Part shown: positions 40,001-55,000 of the stretch, piece after piece
Position numbering within the stretch: the stretch's first letter is position 1
Layout: each line of letters starts with the position of its first letter
Origin: Phoronis australis
Taxonomy: Eukaryota; Animalia; Phoronida
Assembly (NCBI GenBank): GCA_002633005.1
Contig: NMRA01000461.1
Location: forward strand, 297,411-361,410
Direction of reading: 5' to 3'
DNA: 64,000 nucleotides
Translations under genes and position numbers: made by a program
Notes under the pieces: model-generated
What the model saw: only the letters and a program-made list of their open reading frames with translations
Told to the model about the DNA's origin: nothing
Database searches by the model: none

Positions 40001-43000
40001 TACATGTACATGCGCATCTCACATCCGGTTTCTTTTAATCTCCCCGAAACGTTTTTCGGCATTTGCTGTTTATGACTACCGGAATGCACAGTTGACTTCT
40101 TTTTAATAGAGACAAACAAAACAAAAAAGATAAAATAATTTTTTCTAATAGCGTATTTGAGTTAACTGGTAAAATTTACATTTAAAAATGGTTTCATTGA
40201 AATCGACAGTCTTGTTAATTTGTTATGGATATACCTTTCTTAAACATGAAAAAGTAAATTAAAAAGGCGTTGACGTAGTATAAATGAAGGCACAAATACA
40301 TCAGTTTAAACCATATTTTTATAATTGAGAATACTTTTTTTTTGAAAATGTAGTCTTTTATTTGTTGATAAAGCCTGTTTTTCGATATGCGAGTTAGAAT
40401 GAAGACCACTCAATGAAATTTTACATAAACGAAAGTTACGACTCGTTGGACCAATGCCTGCTCTGCGTTTGCTTTGAGCTCGACAAAGCTCTCTACGATC
40501 TATCAGGGAAACTTTGCTGGACCGTTGGAGGAAAGTATTTATTACCGTAAAATTACGTGCGCAATTTAATAAACTTTAGTGGCGTTAAAAAATATTTGCG
40601 GCACAAACTAATTACTTTAGGCTGCTAAGTAACGTGCATGAAGTACTTTTTGTCAGAGGCGTAAAGTAATTCTTTCGGGGTAAAGTAATTATCTGAGGCG
40701 TAATTCAAAGTCTTGAAGTAATAGGTAATGAAGTTATTATTTGCCGCGAAATTAAACAGCGTAGCGGCGAAATGTATCTTCTTGCGACTTTAAGTTGACG
40801 TCACATTTTGTCAGTCAAAAAGTGAACTGATGAACTTTCAAACCTCTCATTGCTTTATACCTGTATAACGTTACGAGTTCCAGGCAAGTTGTTTGCCATT
40901 TACTTGACAAAAATGTGTGCTCTCATCAGCCAAAATCATCGATGACCAAGGCAGTATAGGCACTTCACTTTCGTTTCTAAATACATTGACTCCAGGCCAG
41001 TGGTGATTGAGTTTGCGCGCCACCTATCACATGAATGGCTTTAGGTTGCTTCAAAGGTGTTTTATATAAAATTTCAAATTTCGACTTGGTTTCAGAGGTA
41101 GGGTTTTGGAGGATAATATTTCCTACGGTGAAATAGGCTCTGCGTCCACCAGAAAAAGTTGAATTCACTGCATGCCGGTCAACGTGATTGGTGTAGATTA
41201 TATCAACGATGGATTACGTGTAAAACGCAATAAATTGTGCAGAACGATATCACCGTATTCTACCTTTGTTGCTAGCGATGTGTACGAGATATCGTTATAT
41301 TTTCTAGCTTGCAAGATTTCCAGAAAAAAATCGAATTTAAAACAAAACGTTTTCATTGATCTTCCAAATATAGAAATGTAAATACATTAATGTAGCGTTT
41401 AAAATATAAGGTCTGTATCCTAAATACTCATCGCAGATTAGTGACACACGTTGTCGGAATCAGCAATATAACCAAGGCGTGTTAATTTTTTCACACCTTA
41501 TTAGAAATGTTTTAAGTTTGAAAATCTAATGCTACAATTTGTTAACAGCTTCAACTTCTAGTCCTACCACAATACCTCCTTACACGACATCGCCGACTAC
41601 AACCAGAGTTACAGCCTCTGGTGAATATTTCAGACACAAAAGATGAGACTTATCCGGAATATTTCGACTATATTGGTGGCTTCAGACGTCGCACATTAAG
41701 TTCCGTGACTTTCAAAGTTAATGATGTTTGGCTTCTGGAATGAGATTTTATTTTGCCCAAAAATGTTCATCTCTGGGAGAAATACCTTGCTTTGTCTTTT
41801 CCCGATAACTTAATTAGGATTGAAGGTTGTCTCATGCCATTGCCGTCTGAAACCGGGGTGGATCTAGGATTTTGAGTTGGGGAGGAGGGACAGGGAAGAG
41901 TAGTAACCAGGATTTTGTCCGTCAGACATACGAACCACTGAAATGCCAAATGCAATGTGGAAGGATTTTAGTCTGGCCATGGAGAACTTGGCGCTCCTAA
42001 ATCCGCCACTGACTTCAGAAAGTCCCGTGCGTACCTAGCTAACTGTTGGGGTCATTACCAAAAATTATAACCCACCGATGAATAGTATAAGTATAGCAAA
42101 AACCCTCTTGCGATGAATGCCAGCCTTAGCTTGTCTCGCCAGGAGCTCACAAATACACTAAAATGGTACGGGCGCACAGCGTTTGCTAGACATGTTGTTC
42201 ATAAATGTCAAAAGAATTAGGAAGCAAGCTTGCATGTGCTCCATACAAGTTGTTTCGTAGATGGATTAAGCCACAGCTCAAAGGGGAAACACATTTATTA
42301 TTATGATAGTTGTAGTTCGTTCAATTATCGTGTTGACGTTTTGTCAGTTCGGACGGACATGCGATTTTTCTTTTGATGTGCATGACTTTCTTTACATAAG
42401 GGAGTAGTTACAAAATAAACCAATTTTCAACACCGGATGAGTCACATAGTACAATGGGTGGGTCCCAGTTTAATCACTTCACCACTTGCGGGGTTTAGCT
42501 TCAGGCCAACCGACCGTTACAACGGTTTATGTAGTCATTTTGACATGCTTTATCTACCCCCAAAAGTCGGTTTTAGGCATAACAGACCACCGCAGGCCCC
42601 GTTTTGGAAAGGATGATAAGGACATTAGGCTTTACACTGTGTTTGGGGTTGTCAGTTTTCGAACTATTTCTAGAGAACAAATTGGTGGATTCAATCAAAC
42701 TGAAATGTGGGATTTATGGGGGAAATATGTCATCACCAGTCTGCCTCATTTTAGATGATGTACATGTAAGCAATCGAAATGGAGCCTGTTACAACAAGTG
42801 TTTTTGATTTCGTAGTTTATAACAATCGCAAACAATTGCATTTTCTGTCAATCGAAGGGTCCAATTCCTGTCAAATTTCTTTAAATGAAACCGACCAACA
42901 CTCACGCAATACTTTTGGTTTGTTCATTAGCTAATAGTTACTAAATAAGGCATTTTTCAACGCCAGAAGTCATACCTGAAGAAACACACGGAGACTGGGT

Positions 43001-46000
43001 CCATGCCTGCGTTCCAGTTTAGTCATTACTCAAAAAGCCGGGTTTGGTATGAAATTACTCTTGTTATTCAAAAACAAAATAAAATACAAGCACCCATAAA
43101 ACATTTCATGACCACGCTTTTTACAATATTCAAATTCCAGTTTTTATCTTGAAATTTTGACATGTATTGTTGGACATTGAAATTGGGAGGCGCAAAACTG
43201 TCCTGTTTCGATTACAAGTAACGTACATTGCATGACCTCAAATATTCTATTGGCATTGATGCATCGTCGATGAATTAAAAAACTCGGCAAACTGCGAAGA
43301 AAGAAGTCAACTCATTCTACATTAGCTGCTTGTAAGTTATGCAAGATTTCGTTTTACTGTTCTAGTCTGCGTTGTTTGCCAGAACATCGTCTACTTTTAA
43401 ATGCGTCTCCATATCCTTCTAAGAGTGACGATTCTATAATATTAGTTAGCCAACAATCAATCCGATGTGATCTTTGAAGATGTAAGCAATAAATCCAAAA
43501 TTTCCCAACGTTTGTACAGTTGAAAAACAGAGAAGAAAGGTCTTTGGCGTATTGCATGTAGATTTTCCACAAAGTATTTGAAATATTTCATTTTCGAAAA
43601 TAAGGCCTACTGTTTTTTGATAGAGTCAACTCCTGCTCCTACCACACAGTCATCTTCTACGACGTTGCCGCCCACGACAACGACTACACCTTCTGGTGAG
43701 TACACGTACCTAAAAGACTGACGACATAAAATGGTTGCAAGTGGCTAAAATGGTAGCCTCACATGTCGTTTGTGGGGTAAGTCTTGTTACTTCCAAAGTG
43801 GATAATGTTTGGCCTCGTGAATGAAGTTTCAGTCTACCCAGAAAGTGCATACCCCTGGGGGAATAGCATGTTACGGCATTCTCGAGAAGATGACGAAAAC
43901 TGAAGACTATCCGAAGCTTGAGGTCTAAATCCCCCTAGAAACGATCTGACACTAGAGGTTGGCACTAGTAATAACGTTGGTAGACGCTTATGTATGCAGT
44001 ACGAAGTGGTTATTACAAAGTCAGTCCCATCGTTTCTCGCTGGAGACTGATGACCAAAATAACAAACAACTACTGTACACTGTATTTGAAATTTTATTTT
44101 CGCATATTAGTAAACGAATTTTGGAATATTTCATAGGATCAACGCCTAGTACTACCAGCAAGCCTCCGACAACGACTTCAGGGCCTACAGTTCCTAGTAA
44201 GTAGTTATTTAAATGAACAAGACTACCGTCGTCAGGTCTTATTTTTGTATTGTCCGATGCTCTTGAAGCCGATAATTACCGACTGCGTGCACAGAGATTT
44301 TCGCTTGACTACGCATACATGTTGCAGAAAGCTGATTTGAATATCCCAAACTGAAATTTCCTTTAGGAACTGTTATCTCACAAGAAGGTCCCCAGGCCCA
44401 AAATTGACACCAAGTTTTCATTTAGACAGATCGCTTTTACTTATAATTCCTCTAGTGCGTACATAAAAAGCCGGTGGCTCGGACAAACACAGAGGAGAAC
44501 ATGTCTAAATTATAAAATAAGAGCATCTTACACAAGAATGTCAGATTCATTCCACCATATTATCATTTGGTCTTTGAACCAACCCAGTCCGAACCGTCAC
44601 TGCATTTTGTAAAAGCAGGTGGACCTTGAGGATTGAATAGACATTTATCGTCCCGACAGGACTTCAAGCAAATACACAACCAAGGATAGTAAACTCAGAT
44701 CAGTGCCGCTCCACTCCCATATACTTAGAAAAATATAGCTCAACTAGAACACGTTCCTAAATTTAGCAAAATTCAATATCTGTTGTCGATCGTTTCTTTA
44801 ACACAAAAATTCAGTGATCTAGATTTCGAGGATATCCTTTGAAATGAGATAAAGCATCTTATCAACAGCTGACAGTGAATATAGCACGGTTGACCGTGCA
44901 TCATGTGTCAAAACGCTTTTCTATTTTGACGCTCCTCGTATATGTATATGTAATTTCTTGGGTCGCTGAGCTTCTTTCAAGTTTTGACATATGTCCGGCG
45001 ATGGCTTAACGGCTATGTGTACAGGGCACGTCATCGTATTGTTTCATGGTCAGCATTTTTTACTGCAGTATAAGTAGCTCTGTTTAATGCGTAGTTACTG
45101 AAGAGCACATTGCAATAATTGCAATGTGCTCTTCAGTAACTACGGGCCTGGGTTATGGTGTATTCTTAGGACACTAAAACCGGTTTTGGCTTAGTAACAG
45201 GTAATGACAGCGAATTTCACTTCGAGTTCTCTGAAAAAAAAATAGTGTCCAGTAACCCTCAAAGTTTTGGCACAAAAACTGAAAACTCAGTAGAGAATCT
45301 TCTAAACGAGCAATTGTAACCAACGCGGCACAATTTCAAAAGGCTCGGTTTGATTCCGATCAGTCAAATTTGAGATTCGATGCTCCAAAGTAAGCCAAGT
45401 GGTCAACATCGTAATATTTTATAGTGCATAACCAATTCACGACATGAATATGAAACTTTTTAGTTGAAATATCGGCGGGCGACACTCATGAACGGCAACT
45501 GGATAGTTGCGTATTGAAAATTATGAGATTAGTCGCTGTTTAGCCCAAATGTTTGCTTTTGCGCCAAGTCTACAGTATGTGCAATTCATAATGTCCCTTC
45601 TTAGCGACCATGTACTATTTAGGAAAGGCGCAACCATTTAGTGTTACCCTTAGATTCATTTAAACACAGTATGGTACTAGAATTGAGAAAGTTAATTCAT
45701 TTTAGAGAATCCCTGAGCTATGCGTGGAAATGTGTCTCCTCTGATAAACACGACGTTGGAAAATCTTTTGTGTTGTTTACTTTTCAGTGCACTAAATATT
45801 ACGTGTTGCTCCTAAATTTAAATATTATGTATCTTCGTTTTTTTCGTAATTAAGTAGAAAAAATGTATAGACAGGAAAACACAAACCAAAATGCACTTAA
45901 AGTTCGAGCCCTCTCTTAGACTGAACAGTATGCTTCTTTCGTCACCATTAAGCTTTTTTGCAGTTGATGGGATATCATGCACCTTTGACGACGGCCACCT

Positions 46001-49000
46001 TTGTGGGTGGAAACAGGCTACTGATGACAACTTCGACTGGTCACCGAATTCCGTAAGTCAATTGTCACACGGTACACACCTTGGAGCCCTACCAGTCACG
46101 CAAATTTGTAAAAAACCTACACAGGCTAGGATGAACTGAAACAGTTTAGTGCATAATTAGCGCACTTACCGGCATAAGGCAATCTGTTATTGCCTCTAAA
46201 ACTTCACTTAAATATTGAACGAGCCAGTCTCAACACATACACGTGAACACGTGAGCCTTATGTTCTCCTAACAAGGCTTCGACGGGCGACAATTATCAAA
46301 ATACATCTGGCAGTTATCCACTGGTTCTTGGGTCAAAATAAACCATGTAGTTTTGTGTATTGTCCACGTACAAATCCGAGGCTAATGAAGCGGAAACTTA
46401 TTCCCAGCATGTATTTCCGAAGCACAAACCTAAATATCCCTCCGACAATGTCACCTTGGTGCGTTTAGTGCCATAAGTACACATCAGCAATTTCCGTGGG
46501 ACGTTACATGCTCAGGACTTCGTAAGTAAAGACTGCGCGAAAGAGGCCAAACCTGCCTATTTGATATCAAAATCGAAATTGTTCTGACGTTTCTGTTTTA
46601 CTCTTCACTTTTGCTACCGGTGATAACCCAGCATTGTCATCCAAGGGCACACGCTCCTTATAAAAGAGGACTGGAACGCATTAAACGGACTGACTCGCAA
46701 TATTGAAAGTGGTTCCATGCAACTGAAACATATTTCAACCTGTTCACGGGAATTTTTTTTATATTTCCAAATTCTGATCAAATCATATCGTTTTCTTTTA
46801 GTTTCAAATCTCAAAAACGACCTATCAACTGCTCAGCAATTTGTCATTTTTTTTCCTCGAAGCAAAACACGTCTTCTTAATTGGTATGGCAGGACAAAGA
46901 CAGTGCACAATCCCCTATAGTGTATATGCAAAGTGTGACCTTTGACCTCAAGCGACATTACGCAACTTACTGTGAGTGCATGTAGGCATTGATAATAAAT
47001 GGGGCAGTTAAGAAACTCTGTGCTAATTACGCATTTTTTCTTGAAAAATCGTGAATTTGCGTGATTTTGGAATATCCTTAAGAGGAAGCAGTGGATTACT
47101 ATATACTAGATTTTGGAAACGGTTATTTGATGAAGAATTGTTTAAAATATGTTTTTCCCGAGCGTTTGCTATCCATGCCTCTTTAAAACCCGCAACATTC
47201 AAGGCCTGTATTTTGGTGAAGCAATTGAAACATGTTGACTGAGTTTCAAAATTTGTCCACTGTCGCACACCAGTTATCTTCCTCGAATCACATTTTCGTA
47301 AGAAAACTCGTTTGACCTTAGATTAACCTGAAGCATGTCTTCGAATCATTTTTCGTGATCGTTATATTCGGTAACCGTCCAAATGATATCGCCGTATCTT
47401 TTGGCAGTTGCAAAACACGATCTTGCTTGATTGACCATGGTACCATTGACGCCTTGTTTAGGCGTTCGTCTTTCAATGTCGGAGTCCAAGGTTTTATCTA
47501 AAATTTGAATATATGATGAGGTTGAATAAACAAGCAGACGCAAGTAAGTTTGCCATTGAAGGTGACCGAGAGAGTATACACTGTACAGTATTGGCTCACC
47601 GATACTTGCTACCTGTCTACTTCCAGGGTGGCACATACTCACCTGATACAGGTCCTTCCGGCGGTGATCAGGGCACAGGATATATATACGCGGAGGTGAC
47701 TCTCATTCCATTCTACAGCATCGCAAAGATTTACACGGAGTACTTTGCACGTACGGTGATGAAATTGTCAATATATAGAATAATATTCGATCATACTAAC
47801 ATGTGAGAAGTGGGATACCAATGCCCCCCACTGGTCGTAGTTGGTTTTATGACACGGCTGCTCATAGTCTTCTCCAGAGAAGTTGCTTGTCTCATTGGAT
47901 TAATTTCGTTTTAATTGGTTTGGCATAGTCTGATTCCTTATTGGTTTGTGCCTGAACACTATCTAATAACGAGTGGCGACATCTGAGGTCCGGGAGGCAC
48001 TGATTAAAGAAGTTGTTAATGTTTTCACACATTGCTTGTTAATGCAGGAGAAGGTCGAACGAAAGTTAAAAAGAATCGCGGGGGCAGGGAGGTTGGGAGG
48101 GAGGGAAAAAGTGAGGAAGGGAGCGAGAAAGAGAGTGTTGGATGTAGATTGAGAAAGAGATGGTGCTGTGCTAGCGCAGCTGATTCTAAGGTACATGTAG
48201 ACCTAGAACTGTCGGTTATTTGTATACCCTTGTAACACTTCCGAGGTGAGTACGGAGCTAGAATGTGACCAGTTTGTTTCAAAAATTTGTCTGAATTAAC
48301 ACCGCTTCTTGGACGAATCGTTAACTTCCCAAAACTGTGTTTATATCTAACATCATCGTAAAACTACATTCTCTTTCAGTTACGTACAATTGTTAGTTAT
48401 TCTGAAAATCAAAACCCATTTTTCAGCTGGCAGTTATCGCTTCTCCTTCAAGTGGCACATGTACGGTGGTTATTTTATGGGGAATCTTACTTTGTCTATG
48501 GTAACAAAAAGTGGAAAAGAGACCATCTTATTCCAAAAGGCCGGTAACCATGGCGATGTTTGGCAATCAACTAGTGTCGACGTTGTTGCGAACGAAGAAA
48601 CCAAGGTATACAGTATGTTCGGCATGTTATGAACTCTCTGGAGTGAGCATTCTTAGTTGAAAACCGACGACTAACATTGTCGTTTTGTCCAACAACAGCA
48701 AGTCATCGGAAGCATATGACTGTCATATGCTTAGTTCGCATAGTTACATCTTGGTACGGTTGTCAGGGAGTAAAATACATTTGTTAGGATGCACTTTTGA
48801 CCTCAGTAAACCACGAACCGTAAGAGCCTTATCGGCGTTTGTCTGAAGGCATCTTTCTACTTCCTTCCGTACACTGCGCACTGGTGAACAAAAGAATTTG
48901 TTGGAATACACACTTTTTAGGCTTGCATTAGAAAATTTACAAGTTAATATAGTATAGACAATAGTTATATCGATGCAGAGACACACACCAAACCCAAAAC

Positions 49001-52000
49001 TGGGACAGTAACTTGTTGTGTAAGCATACTTATTGAACACCCGCGAGCCATTCCGTTTTACTGAAATCGTTTGATGTTAGACCTTTGTTTAAGATATTTT
49101 ATTTGTTACAGCTTGTTATCGCTGGAACTAAAATACAAACTTGGCAAGGTGACATCGCACTGGACACGTTTGTTTTCGAAAAGAAGGTGCTTCTGTCATG
49201 CGACTTCGAGAATATGGTGCTCTGCAACGGATTTGCTAACGACCCAAACGCCGACTACACATGGGTTACAAAAACTGTGAGTTGGTTTACAGTATGTGCC
49301 TGTTTTCTACATTTGAACGGTGGCGTGTTGCGGAATGCTACGCCAAAGGCACCAAGAGATTTGGCGCGACATTATGGCAAACTATAGAACGCTAATGATG
49401 CATTTACGTTCAATTTTCTGCAACAGTTCAACATCTGTGTCGTCCAAAGCCTTTAGTGGTTGCCATGTAACAAATGTGACACTATGAAGCCCTGGGCTAT
49501 ATTGCGAGACAAGTGAGACATTCTATTTACATGGGTGGTATTGCAGGACGGTTGGTACCATTGTTTGATCCTTTAAAAGGGCACTGTAGTCAGAATAATG
49601 TCGCAGTCGGTTCCAACATACGAGTATAACTCACACTTGCCCGAATTGCGCGCAAAACAAAAGCCGATTCGTATTAATGATCAAATTACTGAAATACTAA
49701 CAGCGGTCGCTGATTGCAATGTACATGTAACTGAGTCGTGCCTGGTGGGGTACCGACTCCTTCCGACAGTCATTGCTGTTGCCATATTGTAAAGAGTATT
49801 TGATCATTGTATCAGTCATTCTAATTCTTACTGTTTGCCAGAGTGCCATGCCTTTTTGTTTGGCTCCTGGTTGTACCACCTCTTCGAAAAAGGCGTCTTA
49901 CTTCTAAGGGGATGGTCATCATATAGTCCTACCATCGCCGGGTTGCCCAAGCATTTGGCACAAAGCTGTATAATAAACGTAGGCCTACAGGTTTGCGCCA
50001 ATGGATAAATAATATCTCACTCAAAATTAGTGTCATTAAAACTACTCTCATCCTTGAGTGGGCCTAAATTAAATTATTATCAGGTGTTTGAAAAGTTAGC
50101 AATCATTAATCGGATGCTACTAAAATAGTGATGCTTTTTCTCGAGTCGGCTTTTGGTGATTACGTCACCAAATCTTTACCAGTATCTTTCCCTCCAATTC
50201 TTTTTATCAAAGTTTATTCGCTGCCGACACAAGGTTCCGTTCATGTCACCACAAATTATAGGAACTTGTTTTATTTCGTTAAACGTTTTTAGTATTTTAA
50301 CTCCAGCAAAACCGAATCTTGGAACAAAACTTGCGGCTGCAAAGCTGTAACCATTTCTCTGACGTCGCATTTTTTTAAGAAATGGCCCGTGCTTCTTGTC
50401 ACGAGTGTGCTGTTTTTGAAAACCTTAAACCATTTTACATCGGACGTCACATTTTTCTTTGTTACAAAGGATGGTGAATTATACCGGAAAATGACGCTTG
50501 TTTTAATTTTAAACCGGCAGTTGCAACGAGTGTCAGATGACTACCACATACATTGTATTGCACGCATCCCCGCCAGTCCGTTAGCTTACGACGAAGTGAC
50601 GAGCGTACATGTACAAGTACATGTGTAGGTTACGTGTAGGTTAACTATACACGGTAGGCAACGGACTGTGTGGAATTTCGGGGTCTAACAGAGCTCAGCA
50701 CACAGTGGTACGATAGTCTTCTTGCAGCTACTGTGTGTAGTCTGTAAATAACCAACCCTTCAAGTTTACAGAGCTGAGTATTGGCTTGCATCTGGCTGGC
50801 TAGATTACACACTATCCACATCCAAACCACAGTAAATTGTTGATGCGACTGGTTGCACCAGGAAATTTTCGTCTGGCGATTACAGTGGCAGGTTATGAGT
50901 TTGTGTTGACCCAGCTCAAACAAGTACATGTATCCATAGTGACCCGATATTTCCTTATAAAACTTCTTATCCAGATGATATGAAGAACGCCACTTCACTT
51001 CACACTAACACAGGATACAGAATTTACCCCCACCAACTAAATGTACGTCACAAGAAGCAGCGCTGCAAGCGGGAGATTTTTTTAGCTTTGTTAGAGAATA
51101 TAAGTTCACTTTTTGTTGTTGAATTATTTGTGAAGTTAATCAGCGACTCATAGAAAACTACAGTATGCAAAATTATTTGATTACTTATGAACAGGTGGTT
51201 TTGAATAATGCCCTTCACAGTGTATGTTAAAGAGTAGTCTAGATTTAAACTTTAAAATAAATACCAAACTAAGTAACACATACATAACATACTGTTTAAC
51301 CTTTTTTCTGCTGTGAAACTGAAGACCTTTTTGAGCACACGTTTGTACCTCGACCAAGATCAGCAAACCCTCGACCAACGCCTTTTTTCTGTGGCCTGTT
51401 ACGGGGCGATTATCAATGAAATCTCTTTCTAATTTGTCTAAATCACGGCAACTTATTGGGGAGGATCATAACTCCAGTAAATAACAAATCGACCGAAAGT
51501 TTAGTGTATTGCGTCAAATACTTAATAGCGGATTTGCAGCGACGCCATATTGAAATTAGGTTAAAATGGTGCATTGTGGGTGCTGTGGTCAGGATTCCGA
51601 AAGCAGCCATAGTAACAAGCATAATACGTGGTATGAGCGCGAAGAAAACTTACACTTGTTGTGTTCCTGGCTGCTTCCAAAACAACAAGAGAGATAAAAA
51701 TATGAGTTTTTATGTGTTCCCTGCAAACCAAGAACTTCGTGAAAAATGGATAAACAACATTAGGAGAGCTGGGAGTAAGGGGAGATTTAGCGCATTCAAA
51801 CCAACGCGGGCCATCTACTGAGAAGGCAACACGTAGCCCCTCGGTTGGCCATATAGGGGCTACAATACTTCCATTCGCTTTCTGTACTCATTTCGTTACT
51901 TCAGTGTATTTTAAACGGGCCGTGACCGGATTTGGGTTACCGATTTCGAGTTTTCACCTCGTCAAAAATACATTCTACACTTAAAACTATCATTTAAAAA

Positions 52001-55000
52001 AACGCTTACTTTCATCATTGGTCCTTTCTACTTCTATACATATCTTTGATAAAGCTTAGTTGTGAGAATTAAGTTGACTTTGGCGAAGAATTACAACTCC
52101 ACTTTTTTGGTTGCNNNNNNNNNNNNNNNNNNNNNNNNNNNNNNNNNNNNNNNNNNNNNNNNNNNNNNNNNNNNNNNNNNNNNNNNNNNNNNNNNNNNNN
52201 NNNNNNNNNNNNNNNNNNNNNNNNNNNNNNNNNNNNNNNNNNNNNNNNNNNNNNNNNNNNNNNNNNNNNNNNNNNNNNNNNNNNNNNNNNNNNNNNNNNN
52301 NNNNNNNNNNNNNNACGGAGTTTCCCCTTAAAATTAACGTCTCTAGCATATCCAAGGCGAAAGCTACAAAAGTTAAGCAACCCAAGAACTCTCAACTTGT
52401 CTGAAACCGGAGGAGATTTCGAAATCAACGCCGATAGCCCCAATACTGAACATGACGACAGTCGTGCCCTTGGTCACACGGTCACTGATCATAGCTACGC
52501 TGTGTTTACAAACGAGAGAAAGGACTTGCTTGGTATTAAAAAAAATGAAACATGGTTTTTAGTTTGCAAATCACTCCAAATGCACACACTATCCAGCCTC
52601 CACAAGACATGCCTGACCACAAGCTATCCCATGAGCCTTCGCGCAGGAAGTAACTCGCACATGCGCAATGCGTAATTCGTTTGCGCTGCAAATCCGCTAT
52701 TGAACGGCCAAATAATTCACTGGCTGCACTGCGTTACTCCGGTGATCGGAAACTAATCCCAACCCACTTTTGGAAGAGTCCCAGTCTTATGAATCCGTTT
52801 TGGATGGAAAGACTTTTTAAATCGTCATCACATCATTTTTTAGAGCTATTGTTTAAAGAACCCCACTCGGGGTACTGCATATTAGGTTTGGACAGCATTG
52901 AACTGATCTGTCTCCACGTTCATCGCAATAAGACGCCTATTTTGAGTTAGGTGACGTTGTAGTGTCTGAATATTTAGTAGCTCCTTTCATGAATTTAAGG
53001 AGGATATCTGGAATTTCTGATTTAAATGATAACGGTTTAGAAACTTAAATACTTAAAATTGTCGCCGACTTCTGGCGTTATCCAGCTGCGACATTTTGCA
53101 AGTTCTGAAGTATTATTGGTTTCATCAAATTCTCTGGCCGAGTGGTATTCCAATAATTTTAACCTGTTTGTTACAAAGAAGTAACAAAATAGATCGCAAA
53201 GTCTACACAACACCTTCAAAAACATGTTAGCGCTGATTTTTCTTACGGACAAGTTTCTTCGATTTCTTTTTAAATCGTTGACATTTTTTGCAAGATTTTA
53301 TTTCGACTTGTCGCCCAGAGTTGCACACAAACCGGCCTTTACATTAGGTTCACATTGAACTCGCAAATATATTTTACATTTTTCTAATTACGGCAAACAA
53401 AACTTTAAAATACTGCTGATTCCTGATGCTATTCCACAATTGTGCCATTATTCTATGCGTTGGAATTTTAGCCCACCCTTTTAAGCTTCATTGGCTGACC
53501 TTCAAATTGACTCGACAAGTCAATTTTAATATTTAGTCGTCACTTATATTGCCATTGCCATTCAGTCAATTTCACAAAGTTTGTTCAACAAAACCAGGCT
53601 TATGGCAAAAACCTGGTCTTCCTAAACCTCTTCGTGTTTTAGACCTAACTTGCATTTCGTCAACGCAGTTAAAAAGTCTGATAACGTGGTCTTGTTAGAC
53701 CAGGGAGCGGATTTAGTAAAACCAGATTTAAAGTATCCAAGCCACCCTACTTCGTCGATCCGGATTAACCCAACAAAGAAACTATTGAAGTGCTTCATTG
53801 AAACCTTGGTCATGCCGGGCATTCAATGGCAGAAATCAGTAGAATCATCGTAAATATTTGGTGAAAAAGGTCTCAAAGCTTTTCTCATAATGAAAAATGT
53901 AATGTTTGTGCCGAGCGTACCTGCGCTTATAAAAGTATATGCTCACGATTAGCCGCAACATAATAAATGTCCAAATTTGTGTCCGAGTCGTTTTAGTGTT
54001 ATTAATTAAGGCCAAAGTGGGTGCAGGACCCCTGCCCGGCAAAATTAAACATTGGACCCAGGTTCGGATCAAGGATTTTGTGTTGGGGGGTAGGACATAG
54101 GAATAACCATTATTTTGCAACATGCGCGCGGCTGAACATGATATATAGGGAAACAGCTGTGTCGAATTTTTGGTTTGTGGACCTTATTACTAGAAAAACG
54201 GGTAAATGGGGTTTGTTGAAGACTTATGCATTATACATTCAACCCTGAGCCCCCCTGGGTGCGTGCATATACAGAACTAGTCAGCAATTCGCACGCCGAA
54301 CTGTCAAATTGTATCTGGGAGAATTTAAGGGGGCACGGTCCCCTTGGCTCGCCCCCTAAATCCGACACTGGAACCAAAGAAATTTGAACTCAGAAAAATC
54401 AGAAAATGCCGTTTTCAGTCAACCGGTAGGGTTTACGGCGATGATGCGCTGCTTGATCAGTCATATTCTGTGGAATTCGAGGGTCACACGGCTACAAGTA
54501 CTAGTCTACGCATAGGCTTATCCAAAGGGGTCAAGAGAACTGGACCCCTTTTCCTTTGATTGTAGTGATAGCAAATCTATTATTTCCAAAGAATTGACCT
54601 CCCCCCGCCTTTTTAATAAATCCTTGATTCACCCTTTCCCAACTTCAAAAAAAAAAAAATCCTGGATACGCCTCTGCTACGTTTGCTGGGTCTGACCAAG
54701 TCCAAAGTCAAACCTGGTTTAAGAGCTTAACAGAGGTCTGAGAAATATGAACCTCGTTAGTGAAAAGAAAACTCACTTAGACCAGGTCGTAACTCGAGCT
54801 TAACAAGATTTTAGTAGAGCAATGGTCTAAAAGTTAAAACCCCTTCATGAAATGCAGTATATCTTTAAACTTGGTCTAAGTTCAGTTTAAACATTTTTTA
54901 ACTTGAAACAACAGTCATTAAATTGTCTGGTGATGTGTATTGTTAAATATGCAGACGCTGAGTTTGGACAATAGTAAAATTTTTCAAATAGACACGGAAA

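Larger units (their letters stand above)
51527..52698 (+). mobile_element. THAP-encoding PIF-ISL2EU-like DNA transposon, interrupted by an insertion and an assembly gap
   Basis: Perfect 15-bp TIRs AGCGGATTTGCAGCG (51527-51541) and CGCTGCAAATCCGCT (52684-52698), each flanked by AT; THAP ORF inside. Confidence 0.8.

Noticed and set aside
47696-47701. Alternative donor GAG/GTGACT ending exon 16 early
   Set aside because: Phase 0 is incompatible with the phase-1 exon 17, and the MAM2 paralogous exon supports the longer form.
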